DNA of 64,000 nucleotides from NCBI GenBank assembly GCA_951406725.2, contig OX597840.1, positions 17,608,001-17,672,000 of the forward strand. The letters run 5' to 3'. Positions within the stretch are counted from its first letter, which is position 1. Each line of letters starts with the position of its first letter. This DNA is from Octopus vulgaris. Lineage: Eukaryota. The translations under genes and the position numbers were made by a program. This document shows, piece by piece, positions 1-64,000 of this stretch. Below the pieces are notes generated by a model. That model saw nothing but the letters and a program-made list of their open reading frames with translations, was not told the origin of the DNA and made no database searches.

Positions 1-73
1 TGGGGTTGATGTAATTGACTATTCCACTTCCCTACAAATTTCAGGCCTTGTGCCTTTAGTAGAAACTATTATA

Positions 74-132
<59 letters not shown>

Positions 133-914
133 CATTATTATTGTTATTATTATTATCATCATCATTATCATCATTATTATCATCATCATTATTATTATTC
201 ATTTTGTTCATCATGTACAAGTACATTTGTATTCCTCGGCGTAAAATAAAAACAAAACTCTTTCGCACCCAAAGTAATATGTGTGACAGAGAGAGGGAGG
301 GAGAAAGATGAACAATTTAAAATAAATAAATGATTTAAAATAAATATATTGTAATTGTTGTGTGAGAAAGTATATATACTATGATTATAAAATATAGTGT
401 CTTTCAAAAACATCCTAAATTTGAACACTATATCTCGTATTCAAGAAAAAACAAAACATTTTACATTTTATTTTTTATGAACGTCGTCACTTACTCTCTC
501 TCTCCCCCTCTCTCTATCTCTCACTTTGTCTTTCCCTTTTTTGTTCAGACGCCATGAAACTCTCTTCCACTTTTCTTTATTTTGTTTTTTTTTTGTTAGA
601 CGGCATCAAAAAGCTATGGCTGAAAATAGATTTTTATGAACGTCATCACTTACTCTCTCTCTCCCTCTCTTTTTGTCTTTCCTGTGAAAGTTGACAAAAC
701 CCAAATAGGATGTTGATGAATGTCCTCCTAAAATTTGAGCAACATGCGTGCTAATTTGTGGATGTGCATATATATATATATATGCATAGATATATGTATA
801 TGTATGTAATATCTACGTATGTATGTATGTATTATGTATGTATATGCAAAAGGCTGCTTTAAGGGTATTGGAAAAGGTCTGGTTGGAGGTCCAAACTTCC
901 AAGTTCTTTTACAG

Positions 915-1335
915 GTATTTACAACTGATGGATATTTATTCTTATCTTGTTTGTTGTTAACATAACATTTCGGTTGATAAACCCTCCAGCTTTCATTAGG
1001 TGTCTTGGCCAAATTTTGAACCTGGGTTCTCATTCCTAAGGTATTTTTCATTGTTATTATTATTATCATTATTATTATTATTATTACTACTATTATTATT
1101 ATTATTACTACTATTATTATTATTATTATTATTATCATTATTATTATTCAGGTCACTGCCTGGAATCAAACTCGGTATCTTGGGCTCTTAACCACTACAC
1201 CATATGCCCATAGGCATGAGAACCCAGGTTCAAAATTTCCCTAAGACACCTGATGAAGGCTGGAGGGTTTTATCAGCCAAAACGTTGTGTTAACAACAAA
1301 AAAGATGAGGACAAATATCCATCAAATGTAAATAA
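915..1335. mobile_element. inverted pair of repeats, each with a decayed hammerhead motif
   Basis: About 915-1042 is the reverse complement of about 1208-1335. Plus copy: ACAC-CTGATGA-aGGCTG..CAGCC-aAAA-CG-TT-GTGT. Minus copy has CTAATGA..GAAA. Confidence 0.6.
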
Positions 1336-1379
1336 TGTAAATAATGTACATAATTCCTCATCTTTTAAATATAGAACTG

Positions 1380-1527
1380 TATTCTTTTGCAGGGCTTAGA
1401 AAAGGTGAAGGACCGCTGCAATAAGTGTGTGAATCTGAGAGGGGGAATTCATTGAATGAAGTCTTAATTAACTGATCTTGTAGTTTCTTTTATCCAAAAC
1501 CAGAGACTTTTCCGTTCCCCTTCGTAT
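1380..1527 (+). mobile_element. mariner 3' terminal remnant
   Basis: GLEKVKDRCNKCVNLRG..IE* followed by TIR-like gacttttcc..ccttcgTA. Confidence 0.6.
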
Positions 1528-1598
1528 TGAAACAAAATCAAAAAGTTACCAAAATTAATCAACTCCTTCAAATCTCATTGTAATTGTTTGTCTTACAG

Positions 1599-62953
<61,355 letters not shown>

Positions 62954-63185
62954 TGACTGCGACCGGAATGGAAACGTTTTGGAGAGGATTTTAATGGAAG
63001 TTTATCAACAGGGATTTTGGGTGAAAAGGTCTGATGGGAATCTGCAAAGAAAAGTTTAATGAAAATTTTTTTTTTGAAAGAAGTATTTAGATGTATTTGA
63101 AAGGTGTCTTTTGGAAAGAAGCTTTGCAGAAATAAGTTGAAAAGGATATTTTTAAAAACAATGCTGTACAAAGAAACTTTTGAAC

Positions 63186-63191
63186 ATTAAA
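63186..63191 (+). promoter_or_regulatory. candidate polyadenylation signal (ATTAAA) of DLEC1
   Basis: First ATTAAA I found after the stop, about 230 nt downstream; no transcript support. Confidence 0.3.
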
Positions 63192-63450
63192 AAAATAGAT
63201 ATATATATAATTCAAAAGATTGTAATTGTCTGCTTATAAAAAATTGTTAAAGTTTGAGTGTTGGCATGTGGCCTGGTGGTTGGTAAGGGTGTTTGAACCA
63301 AGAACATAAGGGCATGGTTTTAATTCCTGCACTAGACTGGACTGGACTGGAAGTGGAGTGGACAGTGCATTGTATCCTTAAGCAAGATACTCTATTTCAC
63401 ATACCTCCAGCCTACTCAGATAGTAATGAGTACCAACCAGGTACTGGTGC

Positions 63451-63484
<34 letters not shown>

Positions 63485-63816
63485 GTGAAACATGCTGGAG
63501 GTTCTGAGTTGAGGGTGAGAAACCCAAGATGGTGTCTACGTCTACTTGTGACTATACAGGTAACTGAGACAATTAGCAAAACCATGTTACTAGTTTGTAG
63601 TTGCTCACAACTGACAGCTGGTTTTTCTTGTAAAATGCTATACAAAGCTCATCTGCTGCTATTGGCTATCTGATGTCATCATATAGTGGAAGTGCTTATT
63701 TAAATAATCACCTGAGGAAGTGCATTCTACTCCTTGGATGTGTGCTAATGATGAAACAACTTCTCACCGGGACCTATGATCAACTGCATTTCATGCCAAG
63801 GTTATCTGAGACTACA

Positions 63817-63948
63817 TTATTCTATGTCTTCCTCTTTTATAAGAGTAATGAAGTTGACAAGGGCAAGGATATCAGAGAGCGGTGGGTGGAGTGAGAAGAC
63901 ATCTATTGTCTCCTCCCGACAGGGAGAAGTTGGTGGTGGTTTGCGGAC
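63817..63948 (-). CDS. possible terminal exon of a convergent neighbouring gene (VRKPPPTSPC...FITLIKEEDIE*)
   Basis: ccctctacAG acceptor then 44 codons to TAA in non-repetitive, GC-richer DNA; product not recognised. Confidence 0.3.
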   Translation of the reverse strand, partial: VRKPPPTSPCREETIDVFSLHPPLSDILALVNFITLIKEEDIE

Positions 63949-64000
63949 CTGTAGAGGGAGCAGGCGTATTTTGACAAGTGGTTGGGGAGGGGAGAGTGCG

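Overview
AT-rich, extremely microsatellite- and retroelement-rich eukaryotic DNA; the SINE/LINE repertoire points to an octopus (coleoid cephalopod), which is an inference. No prokaryotic features are present. The window holds the last 16 coding exons (1599-62953, + strand, 2058 nt, 685 aa plus stop, all GT-AG with consistent phases) of a DLEC1/CFAP81 orthologue, a gene the ORF track mostly misses. Its introns hold a 5'-truncated RTE LINE with a PHD-type finger inside its RT, a near full-length Tx1-clade LINE and an R4/Dong LINE stacked in a (TAA)n tract, Hero-like 3' ends, Tc1/mariner relics, a Helitron, several MITEs, many SINEs, a 5S rRNA pseudogene and kb-scale triplet arrays. The most notable non-ORF signal is a set of Penelope-type hammerhead ribozyme motifs with different palindromic stem III sequences. 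One of them (61837-61918, minus strand) has a fully intact catalytic core and lies antisense to the gene. All coordinates were read by eye, and repeat boundaries are approximate.
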